DNA of 64,000 nt, taken from positions 50,769-114,768 of the forward strand of contig LFCO01000003.1 in assembly GCA_001189165.1 (NCBI GenBank). The letters run 5' to 3'. Both the position numbers and the translations under genes were made by a program. Of this stretch, positions 22,295 to 30,467 are shown piece by piece; within the stretch, counting starts at the first letter, position 1; each line of letters begins with the position of its first letter. The notes below the pieces were generated by a model, which saw only the letters and a program-made list of their open reading frames with translations, made no database searches and was not told the origin of the DNA. Source of the DNA: Parcubacteria bacterium C7867-005. GTDB lineage: Bacteria > Patescibacteriota > Minisyncoccia > Phycocordibacterales > Zambryskibacteraceae.

Positions 22295-22747
22295 TTAGAA
22301 AGGAATATCGTCTGGGTTGATATCTTCTTCTGGATATTCGATCGTGTCGATCGGAGGTGCGTCGTTCCCTGCTTTTGGAGCTGGTGCACTTTTGGCCCCC
22401 GCATCGTATGAACCACTTTCTTTCCTTGGACCGAACTGCACTCTGTCGGCGACGATCTCTGTACGATATCTCTTTGATCCGTCTGCCGCATCCCATGATC
22501 TGGTTTGCATCCTCCCCTCTACCATCACACTCGCACCTTTCCTCAGGAACTGATTAGCAGTTTCTGCTTGTCTACCAAAGACTACTACGTTGTGGTAATC
22601 AACCGATTCTTGTTTGACACCATTCTTGTCTTTCCAAACTCGATTAGTGGCAAGCGACATACTGCAAACTTGAATTCCAGAAGGAAGAGATTTGAGCTCT
22701 GGATCGCGGGTGAGGTTCCCTATGACGATAGCCTTGTTGAAATACAT
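22295..22747 (-). CDS. ssb: Single-stranded DNA-binding protein
   Basis: NKAIVIGNLTRDPE; C-terminal DDIPF. Confidence 0.97.
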   Translation of the reverse strand: MYFNKAIVIGNLTRDPELKSLPSGIQVCSMSLATNRVWKDKNGVKQESVDYHNVVVFGRQAETANQFLRKGASVMVEGRMQTRSWDAADGSKRYRTEIVADRVQFGPRKESGSYDAGAKSAPAPKAGNDAPPIDTIEYPEEDINPDDIPF

Positions 22748-22752
22748 ATTTA

Positions 22753-23250
22753 TTATTCTACCACAGGGTCAGCGACCGGAGCCTCGACTGCTTTGTCTTC
22801 ATCAGCCTTTGGTTCTCCTGGAAGTTCTGGCAAGACAGCATTTAGGGCTGCTTCCCTCGCCTCTCTGGCCTTTTGAGCCATCTCGAAGGTGAAGGTTGTC
22901 TCTCTAGGTGTCTTAATAAGCAAAGATCTCAGAACCTCTTCGATCTTATCTACGCCTATTTTTATGGCTTCAACCTGACTTGATTCTGCTTCAAATTTCA
23001 TCCAACCGATATAAGCTTCGTCTACAACATACTTGCGGGCACCAACACTTTTGGACATAGAGTACGCAAGCTCTTCGAGGTGAGGTTCCTCTGAATCAAG
23101 CTTGGTGGCCCCTGCCTTTTCTACAACAGAAACTAGTTTGTCGACCACTTTGGAGAGGTTTTCTTCAGTAACACTTGGCAATATGAGGTATCCTACCTCA
23201 TAAACACCAGCTGTTCCTTCGTTCTCCTTGTGATCTTCTGTAATGGGCAT
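22753..23250 (-). CDS. rpsF: 30S ribosomal protein S6
   Basis: YEVGYLI.P, LAYSM, VLRSLLIK; rpsF-ssb-rpsR synteny. Confidence 0.88.
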   Translation of the reverse strand: MPITEDHKENEGTAGVYEVGYLILPSVTEENLSKVVDKLVSVVEKAGATKLDSEEPHLEELAYSMSKSVGARKYVVDEAYIGWMKFEAESSQVEAIKIGVDKIEEVLRSLLIKTPRETTFTFEMAQKAREAREAALNAVLPELPGEPKADEDKAVEAPVADPVVE

Positions 23251-23340
23251 GAGTCTTATGACTAATTGTTAAACTCCAAGCGTCCCACTCGTAGAGGGAC
23301 GTACAGAAGGAGTCCCGATAGAGTATCACGCATAGACCCC

Positions 23341-24123
23341 CTAGGCAAGGTCTATTTTAAACATCCTTTTTGCGTTTTTGAGGAGAGCGCTTTCGATTAT
23401 TTCGAGGCTCTCACCACGGATTTCAGCGATCTTTTTCGCCACCTCGCTCACATAACTTGGCTCATTCCTCTTACCTCTGTATGGTACTGGAGCGACGTAT
23501 GGCGCATCTGTCTCAGACATGATCATGCCAAGTGGTGCATTCCTTATCACCTCATCATAGTCTCTGGCAAAAGTGATGACTCCTGTAAAAGATGTAGTAA
23601 AACCGATAGCCCAATATCTCTTGGCTTCTTCGAGTGTCCCCGTGAAGAAATGCGAATTGCCGCGGAGTTTAGGCCCGTGTTTTTGAACCAATGGTTCGAG
23701 TATTTCTAATACTTCGACGTAAGCCGAACGAGAATGGATCATGATCGGCTTGTCGTGTCCGAGGGCAAAATCAATTTGCTCCAAAAACAGCCTCTTCTGT
23801 CTTTCAAAATCTTCATCTTTATTTATTCGAAACAAATCTATCCCACACTCCCCTACAGCTACCACTTTTGGATGTTTTACTAATTCTTCAAACTTTTCTT
23901 TTTCAAAAACAATATTTGGATCATCTACAGGATGCACTCCGATACAAGCATAAATATTCTCATGTTGTCCGGCAAGCTCTACTGCCCATTTGGAAGTCTC
24001 ATAATCTGTCCCTATGACTATGGTCTGTGTATCTGAAAGAGCGAGGCGCTCCATCACAGCCTCACGATCTGCATCATATTCATGGGAGTTTAGATGCGAA
24101 TGTATGTCTATATACTTAGGCAT
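23341..24123 (-). CDS. tatD: TatD family hydrolase
   Basis: DIHSHL, GVHP, VGECGID, IHSR, SETDAPY motifs. Confidence 0.92.
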   Translation of the reverse strand: MPKYIDIHSHLNSHEYDADREAVMERLALSDTQTIVIGTDYETSKWAVELAGQHENIYACIGVHPVDDPNIVFEKEKFEELVKHPKVVAVGECGIDLFRINKDEDFERQKRLFLEQIDFALGHDKPIMIHSRSAYVEVLEILEPLVQKHGPKLRGNSHFFTGTLEEAKRYWAIGFTTSFTGVITFARDYDEVIRNAPLGMIMSETDAPYVAPVPYRGKRNEPSYVSEVAKKIAEIRGESLEIIESALLKNAKRMFKIDLA

Positions 24124-25564
24124 CTTTGCGGAGGAACAGTGGCTGTTCTGGTTTTTTGTTTGATTTGACTAAGTTTTTTATTTGCTCTGATGTCTGAGGC
24201 ATGAATGGATTGAGCATTCTTGCAACCGTATACAAATCTACAGATAATTCGCGAATAATTTTCTTTGCTTCTTCTTCGTCTGTTTTTATTAATTTGAACG
24301 GTTCCGTTTCTTGTATTCTACTATCCATCAAACCTATTTTGTCCCAAATTAAATTTATCGCCTTACCCAACTCAAATTTTTCTAAAGAATCAACAAATTC
24401 TTGTGGGATTGATTTATCTGGCACAGATACTGGTTCAGTCAAATTTTTCTCTGCCATGGTCATAATACGTGAAGTGAGATTGCCTATACCGTTCGCTAAA
24501 TTTGCATTGTATGTCTCATGGAACCTCTCCCAAGTAAAATCTGAATCCTCAAAGGTGGATAATTCTCTGCAAACAAAATACCTCAACGCCTCCGCACCAT
24601 ACTTTTCTACCACTTCGAAAGGATCCACTGTATTACCCAAAGACTTGGACATCTTCTGTCCCCCCGCACCATTTATAAACCCATCTATGACAATAGTGTG
24701 GGAGGTTGGAAGATTCACAGAGAGAAGCATCGCTTGCCACATGGCCGACTGCTGACGGAGATTATCCTTGCCCGCGTATTGAACAGGGGTGCCGTTTTTC
24801 CAAAATTTATCAAAATTAGCCTCATCCTCGGGCCAGCCCAAGGTAGAGATATAGTTCACCAAGGCATCAAACCACACATACATAACATGGTTATCATCTC
24901 CGGGCACAGGCACTCCCCAACTCATCTTCTCTTTCAGTCTAGAGATGGAGAAATCCTCTAGTCCCCTCTCTACGAATGCTTTGATCTCATTAAATCTAAA
25001 ATCTGGTACAACAAAATTTGGATTCTTCTTATACAAATCAAGGAGTGGTTTCTGATATTTAGAGAATCTAAAGAAATAATTCTCTTCTTCTCTGACTTCT
25101 AGTTCTAAGCTCGGATGGAGTGGACAATACCCGTCAACGAGCTCTGAGTCTGTTTTCTCCAGCTCGCAACCCACACAATATTTAACGGTGTAGTTCTTCT
25201 TATAAATATCTCCAGCCTGATCGCACTTCTTCCAGAATTCCTGCGCGGCTTTTACATGATGTGCATCGGTAGTACGGATAAAGTGAACATCAGGAGAGAT
25301 GAGAAGTGACGGATTTAATACTTTGAACCTTTCTGCATATCCATCTACATAATCCTGAACATCTTTACCTGCATCAATAGATTTCTGCCAAATCTTCTGG
25401 CCGTGCTCATCTGTGCCTGTATTAAAAAACACATCAAACCCTTCGAGCTTCTTCCACCTTGCTATAACGTCCGCACGGATAATCTCCATCGCAAAACCGA
25501 TGTGCGGATCTGCATTAACATACGGTAAGGTGGTAGTGATGTAGAAACTCTTTTTTTCGTTCAT
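24116..25564 (-). CDS. metG: Methionine--tRNA ligase (short form)
   Basis: YITTTLPYVNADPHIG, TGTDEHGQKI, YVWFDAL, KMSKS. Confidence 0.96.
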   Translation of the reverse strand: MNEKKSFYITTTLPYVNADPHIGFAMEIIRADVIARWKKLEGFDVFFNTGTDEHGQKIWQKSIDAGKDVQDYVDGYAERFKVLNPSLLISPDVHFIRTTDAHHVKAAQEFWKKCDQAGDIYKKNYTVKYCVGCELEKTDSELVDGYCPLHPSLELEVREEENYFFRFSKYQKPLLDLYKKNPNFVVPDFRFNEIKAFVERGLEDFSISRLKEKMSWGVPVPGDDNHVMYVWFDALVNYISTLGWPEDEANFDKFWKNGTPVQYAGKDNLRQQSAMWQAMLLSVNLPTSHTIVIDGFINGAGGQKMSKSLGNTVDPFEVVEKYGAEALRYFVCRELSTFEDSDFTWERFHETYNANLANGIGNLTSRIMTMAEKNLTEPVSVPDKSIPQEFVDSLEKFELGKAINLIWDKIGLMDSRIQETEPFKLIKTDEEEAKKIIRELSVDLYTVARMLNPFMPQTSEQIKNLVKSNKKPEQPLFLRKDA

Positions 25565-25565
25565 T

Positions 25566-26657
25566 TTATTTTTCTGGAACTTTCTCCATATGTCTACTCA
25601 TCTTCTCTGTCTCAAAGTCTGAAAGTAACTCCATCAATATGGTGGCCACAGGCACAGAGATAAGTAACCCCAAGAAACCGCCCAAATATCCTCCAACCAA
25701 AAGGGCGAGGATCGACACCATAGGAGGCACCCCGACCACCTTCTTTACCACCAGAGGATATATGAGGTGGTTCTCAAACTGCTGGATGATGACAAATAGG
25801 CCGGTTACCACCAACGCCTCGGTCATACCCCCACCCGAAAAACCGATGAGTACTGCGGGAATAGCGGCGACGATCGGACCGAAAAGAGGGATGATCTCCA
25901 AGATCCCCGCGAAAACAGCGAGGAGCAATGCATGCTGAACCCCTATGAGTAAGAGTCCGAGGTAAACCAAGATAGTGATGATCACTGCGAGCATCATCTG
26001 TCCCTGCATCCACAAACCTATCTTGGCCTGAGAACGCTTCCAGAGATTCACTATGTATTTCTCTTGTTTCCATGGTGTGACGATCCTCAAGAACTTGCCT
26101 ACCCCATCTTCTTGTACTGCCAGATAGAAAGAAAGAATGATAATGATAATGAAACTGAAAAATCCACCGAAAATAAACGAGACGCTGGAGAGTGCGCCCT
26201 TGGAAAATGAAGAGACGATGGAGTTGGCTTGATTCGCCAAGTCTTGAACAGAGATCGTCTTGGTCACATTGCCAAAGACGCTGGTAGAACCAAAGGCATC
26301 AGAAAACGCAGGATCCTTCACTAAAGCGCTCGAATACTCTGGGAAAGCCCGAACGAAATTCGACAATTCTCCGAGGAGGGGCAGGAGCAAAAAATAGAAC
26401 AAGAAAGCGAAGACAAGGGCGCCGGATATATATACACCAAGGATAGAGGGTATCCTGGGGATCTTCCTCTCCTTGGCCCAAGTGGCCACCGGCTCCAGTG
26501 CAGAAGCGATCACTATAGAGGTTAAGAAGATCAAGATCAGATTACTGATAGAAAAGAGTGCGAGTGTGCCTACTATGACCAAAACAGCCCTGATCCAAGA
26601 GCCCGTGGTTATGTCTAGTAGCTTTATTTCCCCTTCATTTTCTCCGGAGGCTTTCAT
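25566..26657 (-). CDS. AI-2E family transporter
   Basis: Multi-TM; IPLFGP, QQFENHLIYP.V, G.LISVP motifs. Confidence 0.85.
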   Translation of the reverse strand: MKASGENEGEIKLLDITTGSWIRAVLVIVGTLALFSISNLILIFLTSIVIASALEPVATWAKERKIPRIPSILGVYISGALVFAFLFYFLLLPLLGELSNFVRAFPEYSSALVKDPAFSDAFGSTSVFGNVTKTISVQDLANQANSIVSSFSKGALSSVSFIFGGFFSFIIIIILSFYLAVQEDGVGKFLRIVTPWKQEKYIVNLWKRSQAKIGLWMQGQMMLAVIITILVYLGLLLIGVQHALLLAVFAGILEIIPLFGPIVAAIPAVLIGFSGGGMTEALVVTGLFVIIQQFENHLIYPLVVKKVVGVPPMVSILALLVGGYLGGFLGLLISVPVATILMELLSDFETEKMSRHMEKVPEK

Positions 26658-26679
26658 TTGCCACATAATACCACGCGGA

Positions 26680-27963
26680 CTATTTTTTAACAGAAAGGAG
26701 TTTTAGAGTATCTACGAGCTCTTTTTGATCTTTTATGTTGCCTATGACCGCGAGGTTCAGACCTTCGTTTTTGAAAATATCTCTGGCTACTTTCTGAATA
26801 TCTTTGGCAGTGACCCCCTCTATCTCTTTCTTGATTTCATCTGGAGTTTTTATTTTTCTTTTGATTATCTCTTGGATACCGTTAAATTCTGCAAGAGAGT
26901 CGCTGGTCTCAAGACCCAAATACAAATGCCCGGTCATAAAATCCTTTGTTTTCTTTAGCTCTGCATCACTGACCAGTTCAACGGTTAGCTTCTGACATTC
27001 TTCAAGCAAGACCTTCACTACTTCCACTATGCGTTTGTTGTCTACACCTGTGCTGATGGAGAAAAATCCGTGGTCAGTATATGTGTCCGCAGAACTACGA
27101 ACATAATAACAAACGCCCATCTCTTCCCTCAATTTATTGAAGAGTCTAGAAGACATGCCTGCACCGAGTACTCCAGAGAGAACAGAAAGCGCCCTAGTCC
27201 TTTTATCAAAAGCATCATAGGCTCTGAAACCCAAAACCATATGGGTTTGATCTGTCTCTTTTTGTTTTACTAAAATTTTAGGCTCCTTTTGTGATTCTAC
27301 GACTTTTTTCTTTGGAGATTTCTTTCCTTTGGATATTTCTTTGAAATACTTCTCCGCGGATTTGAAAACTTGTTCTGGAGAACACTTCCCGGCGACCACG
27401 AGAGTGGTCGCACTCGCTACATAGTGTTTGGATCTATACTCGACAAAATCTCCACGCTTCATCTTGCTGATATTTTCTTTTGGACCTGCGATGCCCCACC
27501 CAGCAGGTTGATCTCCGTATAAAAGCTCCATGAACAACCAACCAACCAATGTTTGAGGTAGATCTTCGTACATGTTGATCTCTTGTATGATCACCCCCTT
27601 CTCTTTCTCCATCTCTGCTTCTGGAAATGTTGGGTTCAGATACATGTCAGAGATGATGTCGACGATCTGGTTCAAATGCTTGGATTCTGCCTTGGCATAA
27701 TAGCCGGTGAATTCTTCTGTTGTGAAAGCATTTGATTGGGCACCAAGACCGTCGAGCTCCTGGTTCACGTGCATAGAGGTTGGCCGTTTTTTGGTCCCTT
27801 TAAAGCACATATGTTCTAGGAAATGTGAAATGCCATTTTTGTCCTTGGTCTCATACTTTGAACCCGCCTCAACCAGGGTCAGTACAGTAACCGTATTTGT
27901 ATCCTTCATGGGCACTACGACCACCCGCATACCATTCCTCAGTACCTTTTTCTTGTATTGCAT
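26680..27963 (-). CDS. M16 family zinc peptidase
   Basis: GISHFLEHMCFKG (HXXEH), NAFT, GMSSRLF..LRE..G.CY. Confidence 0.93.
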   Translation of the reverse strand: MQYKKKVLRNGMRVVVVPMKDTNTVTVLTLVEAGSKYETKDKNGISHFLEHMCFKGTKKRPTSMHVNQELDGLGAQSNAFTTEEFTGYYAKAESKHLNQIVDIISDMYLNPTFPEAEMEKEKGVIIQEINMYEDLPQTLVGWLFMELLYGDQPAGWGIAGPKENISKMKRGDFVEYRSKHYVASATTLVVAGKCSPEQVFKSAEKYFKEISKGKKSPKKKVVESQKEPKILVKQKETDQTHMVLGFRAYDAFDKRTRALSVLSGVLGAGMSSRLFNKLREEMGVCYYVRSSADTYTDHGFFSISTGVDNKRIVEVVKVLLEECQKLTVELVSDAELKKTKDFMTGHLYLGLETSDSLAEFNGIQEIIKRKIKTPDEIKKEIEGVTAKDIQKVARDIFKNEGLNLAVIGNIKDQKELVDTLKLLSVKK

Positions 27964-27979
27964 AGGCACACAGAATATC

Positions 27980-28960
27980 TTATTTGAGTACTTCCTTCAA
28001 ATCTAAAAACTGCTCTCTTATTTTATAAGTATCCCCATGTTTAAGTAGCCCCAGATACGAAGCTCTAGTTTCTTTAGATTGATTCGTTTTCAGATTCTTC
28101 AACACCCTCCTCTTAGTAGCCGTCCTTAGTATCCTGTGGGTCGGAAAGTGAATCCAACCGAGGAAATCTACTCCGGAAACAAGGGTTTTGATAGAGACCT
28201 TACTAGGGTGCAGTTCTAGCTTTAGTTTCTCCGATAGGAACACCTTCATAGACCCGAGAGTATTTGTTAACCCTGATTTATCTGGAGACAGAAGAACGAA
28301 ATCATCTGCATAGCGGATGTAGTACTTGATTTTCAGTTTATGCTTCACAAAGTGATCAAACTCGTTCATGTAGATATTGACCAAAAGTTGAGAGGTGAGG
28401 TTTCCCAGAGGTAGTCCCTTGCCTTCAGTGCTAGAGTTAAAGCTTTCTATCACTCTCTCCAGAAGATTGAGAGTGTCTTTGTCTTCTATGTATTTGGTAA
28501 GGATATTAAGCAAGATTTGGTGATCTATGGAGGCAAAGAATTTGCGCATATCGCACTTCAGTGTCCAAGAAGTTTTGGTGTTATTCTTTGAGATCTTGTA
28601 ACCAAAACTTCTGAACCTGTTCAGGGCCTTGTGTGTACCCTTATTCAAACGGCAGGAATATGAGTCATGGATGAACTTCTTGTCGAAGTATGGGTATAAG
28701 ACTCTGTATATAGCATGGTGGAGTAATCTGTCTCGAACTGATGCTTTGTGAATATTCCGAGGCTTGGGATCTGAGATGTTGAAGGCTTGATAATCTGAGT
28801 GACTGTATGTCTTGTTCAATAAGTCTTGATGGAGGTCAAATATATTTTCTGAAAGATTTAGGCTAAAGATGGCAACATCTTTTCTTTGTCTTTTACCACA
28901 AATGAATTCCTCCCATGCTTTGTATAAATTTTCTATTGATATGATACTCTGATAATTCAT
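27980..28960 (-). CDS. DGR-type reverse transcriptase
   Basis: DPKPRNI, RDRLLHHA, KGTHKA, LKCDMRKFFASIDH, GLPLGNLTSQ (DGR-type SQ), YIRYADDF, GVDFLG; start ATG 28960 or GTG 28966. Confidence 0.95.
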   Translation of the reverse strand: MNYQSIISIENLYKAWEEFICGKRQRKDVAIFSLNLSENIFDLHQDLLNKTYSHSDYQAFNISDPKPRNIHKASVRDRLLHHAIYRVLYPYFDKKFIHDSYSCRLNKGTHKALNRFRSFGYKISKNNTKTSWTLKCDMRKFFASIDHQILLNILTKYIEDKDTLNLLERVIESFNSSTEGKGLPLGNLTSQLLVNIYMNEFDHFVKHKLKIKYYIRYADDFVLLSPDKSGLTNTLGSMKVFLSEKLKLELHPSKVSIKTLVSGVDFLGWIHFPTHRILRTATKRRVLKNLKTNQSKETRASYLGLLKHGDTYKIREQFLDLKEVLK

Positions 28961-29001
28961 GAACACTAATCATACTCAATACCCCCCCCCGAGAAGCACC
29001 C

Positions 29002-29346
29002 ATGGTGCTCCTCAAATCGAAAGATGCATACAGACTTTGGCTTAAGATTGAAAGAGACCTGCCCAAGGTTGAAAGATTGGGTATCGGAAACAAAATTGAT
29101 TCTACTTTCCTAGAGTTCTTGGAAATTCTATTTGTATCTAGCTATACAGCCCTAGACAAAAAACTTTTGCTGCTTGGACAAGCGATGTCAAAACACGATT
29201 CTCTCAAATTTTTCTGCCAGATTGCTTGGGAAAACAAATTGATTCATACATCAAAGTATTCTGAGCTTTCAGCCCATCTTGAAGAGATTGGAAGAATGCT
29301 TGGTGGCTGGCGAAAGGGGCTACAAACAAAACTCCCAGCCAATTAG
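29002..29346 (+). CDS. avd: DGR accessory variability determinant Avd (four-helix bundle)
   Basis: LPKVERLGIG.KI....LE....EEIGRMLGGW.K pattern; sits between RT and TR. Confidence 0.85.
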   Translation: MVLLKSKDAYRLWLKIERDLPKVERLGIGNKIDSTFLEFLEILFVSSYTALDKKLLLLGQAMSKHDSLKFFCQIAWENKLIHTSKYSELSAHLEEIGRMLGGWRKGLQTKLPAN

Positions 29347-29368
29347 GTCGGGAGAAAAACAGCATTTT

Positions 29369-29477
29369 CGAGAGAACGCACGATTGCCAGCGTTCCACCT
29401 GTTGTCGTCGCGGCGCCACGTGTTCACGTTCCACTTGCCATCATCGGCATTCCAGTTCACGTTCACGACACAGGAAG
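29369..29477 (-). repeat. DGR template repeat (TR)
   Basis: 109-bp copy of 29795-29903, rich in AAC/AAT codons; 16 mismatches, all at TR adenines on the minus strand. Confidence 0.96.
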
Positions 29478-29712
29478 CATTGTTCTCGTACGAGGTTACA
29501 TCCATACCACCGCCAGCCGATCACTCGATTGGTTGTATTTTATTTGGGACATATAAGTCCTCCACAACCCCGTACCAAATCTTGTTATTTTTTAAAGAAA
29601 ATTATTGCTCTCGTGTATAAGACGTATCCAATACACTCTCACATATAATTCTCCCAAACTGTGCCAAGAAAGCCGTGGCCATCTTGCTCACACAAGTTCT
29701 CAATCATTATAC

Positions 29713-29744
29713 AAAAAAATGGACCCTTCAGTTTCGAAGGGTCC
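29713..29744 (-). terminator. Hairpin downstream of the DGR target (terminator and/or DGR homing stem-loop)
   Basis: Minus strand GGACCCTTC-GAAACT-GAAGGGTCC-ATTTTTTT. Confidence 0.7.
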
Positions 29745-29790
29745 AAGGTTCCTAGGTTCCAAGAATCAGAGAGACTCAAGGAACCAAGAT

Positions 29791-30324
29791 TCAGCGAGAG
29801 AACGCACGATCGCCAGCGCTCCACCCGATGACGTCGCGGCGCCACGTGCCCACGTTCCACCGGCCAACATCGGCAAGCCAGCGCACGACCACGACACAGG
29901 AAGAGGTGTAGAAGAGGTTGGCGAACCCGTTGTTCAAGAGTTCGCCCTCCTTGCCTCCCTCCTGCTCCGTGATGAGCTTCTGGATCACGGCACAGACTTC
30001 AACTTCGGTGAAGATGTGCCCGTTGCCGAGCATCTCTTCGATCTCCTTGTCCGTCATGTCGCGTGGGAGTGCAACGCTCTTCGACACGATCGGCTTCGCC
30101 TGCTCGCCTTTACCAACCTTGGCAAGAACGAGATCACGGAAACCGTCGTAGATGAAGAGGTCGGAACGGGTCTGGAAGAACTCGTGGTAATAGGGAGCGG
30201 GCATCTCCGTCACAGTGAATTTCACCGTGTCGTCGAGGATCCCGCGAGCGACCTGCCCACCACCGATCTTCTTGACGAGAGCGTTAAGCTCCCCTTGCGT
30301 CCAGTCCTTGGTCGTCCAGTTCAT
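29791..30324 (-). CDS. DGR target protein (177 aa) with C-terminal variable region
   Basis: ATG 30324 after AAGGAG; C-terminus SCVVVVRWLADVGRWNVGTWRRDVIGWSAGDRAFSR is encoded by the VR. Confidence 0.9.
   Translation of the reverse strand: MNWTTKDWTQGELNALVKKIGGGQVARGILDDTVKFTVTEMPAPYYHEFFQTRSDLFIYDGFRDLVLAKVGKGEQAKPIVSKSVALPRDMTDKEIEEMLGNGHIFTEVEVCAVIQKLITEQEGGKEGELLNNGFANLFYTSSCVVVVRWLADVGRWNVGTWRRDVIGWSAGDRAFSR
29795..29903 (-). repeat. DGR variable repeat (VR)
   Basis: Aligns ungapped to TR 29369-29477. Confidence 0.96.
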
Positions 30325-30422
30325 CGCTGTCTCCTTGGGCTTCGTTGCCCAAAAGATTTTGCCTCTCACCCGAGGCGGGGTCGTGGCCAAAAGACCACCT
30401 TACAAAGTGCTGTTACCTATAT

Positions 30423-30452
30423 ATTATACACACAAATAACCTCATTTGTCAA
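30423..30452 (-). promoter_or_regulatory. Consensus sigma70 promoter of the DGR target gene
   Basis: Minus strand TTGACA-N18-TATAAT. Confidence 0.7.
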
Positions 30453-30467
30453 TAGGACAAATGGGCC

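Noticed and set aside
27980-28966. RT as a group II intron, retron or CRISPR-associated RT
   Set aside because: No maturase or endonuclease extension and no intron domain V seen; the SQ motif, Avd and an adenine-specific TR/VR pair identify a DGR
29320-29505. 61-aa ORF resembling the target C-terminus
   Set aside because: It is the TR read in frame (AAC-rich); the TR works as RNA and there is no evidence for a separate protein
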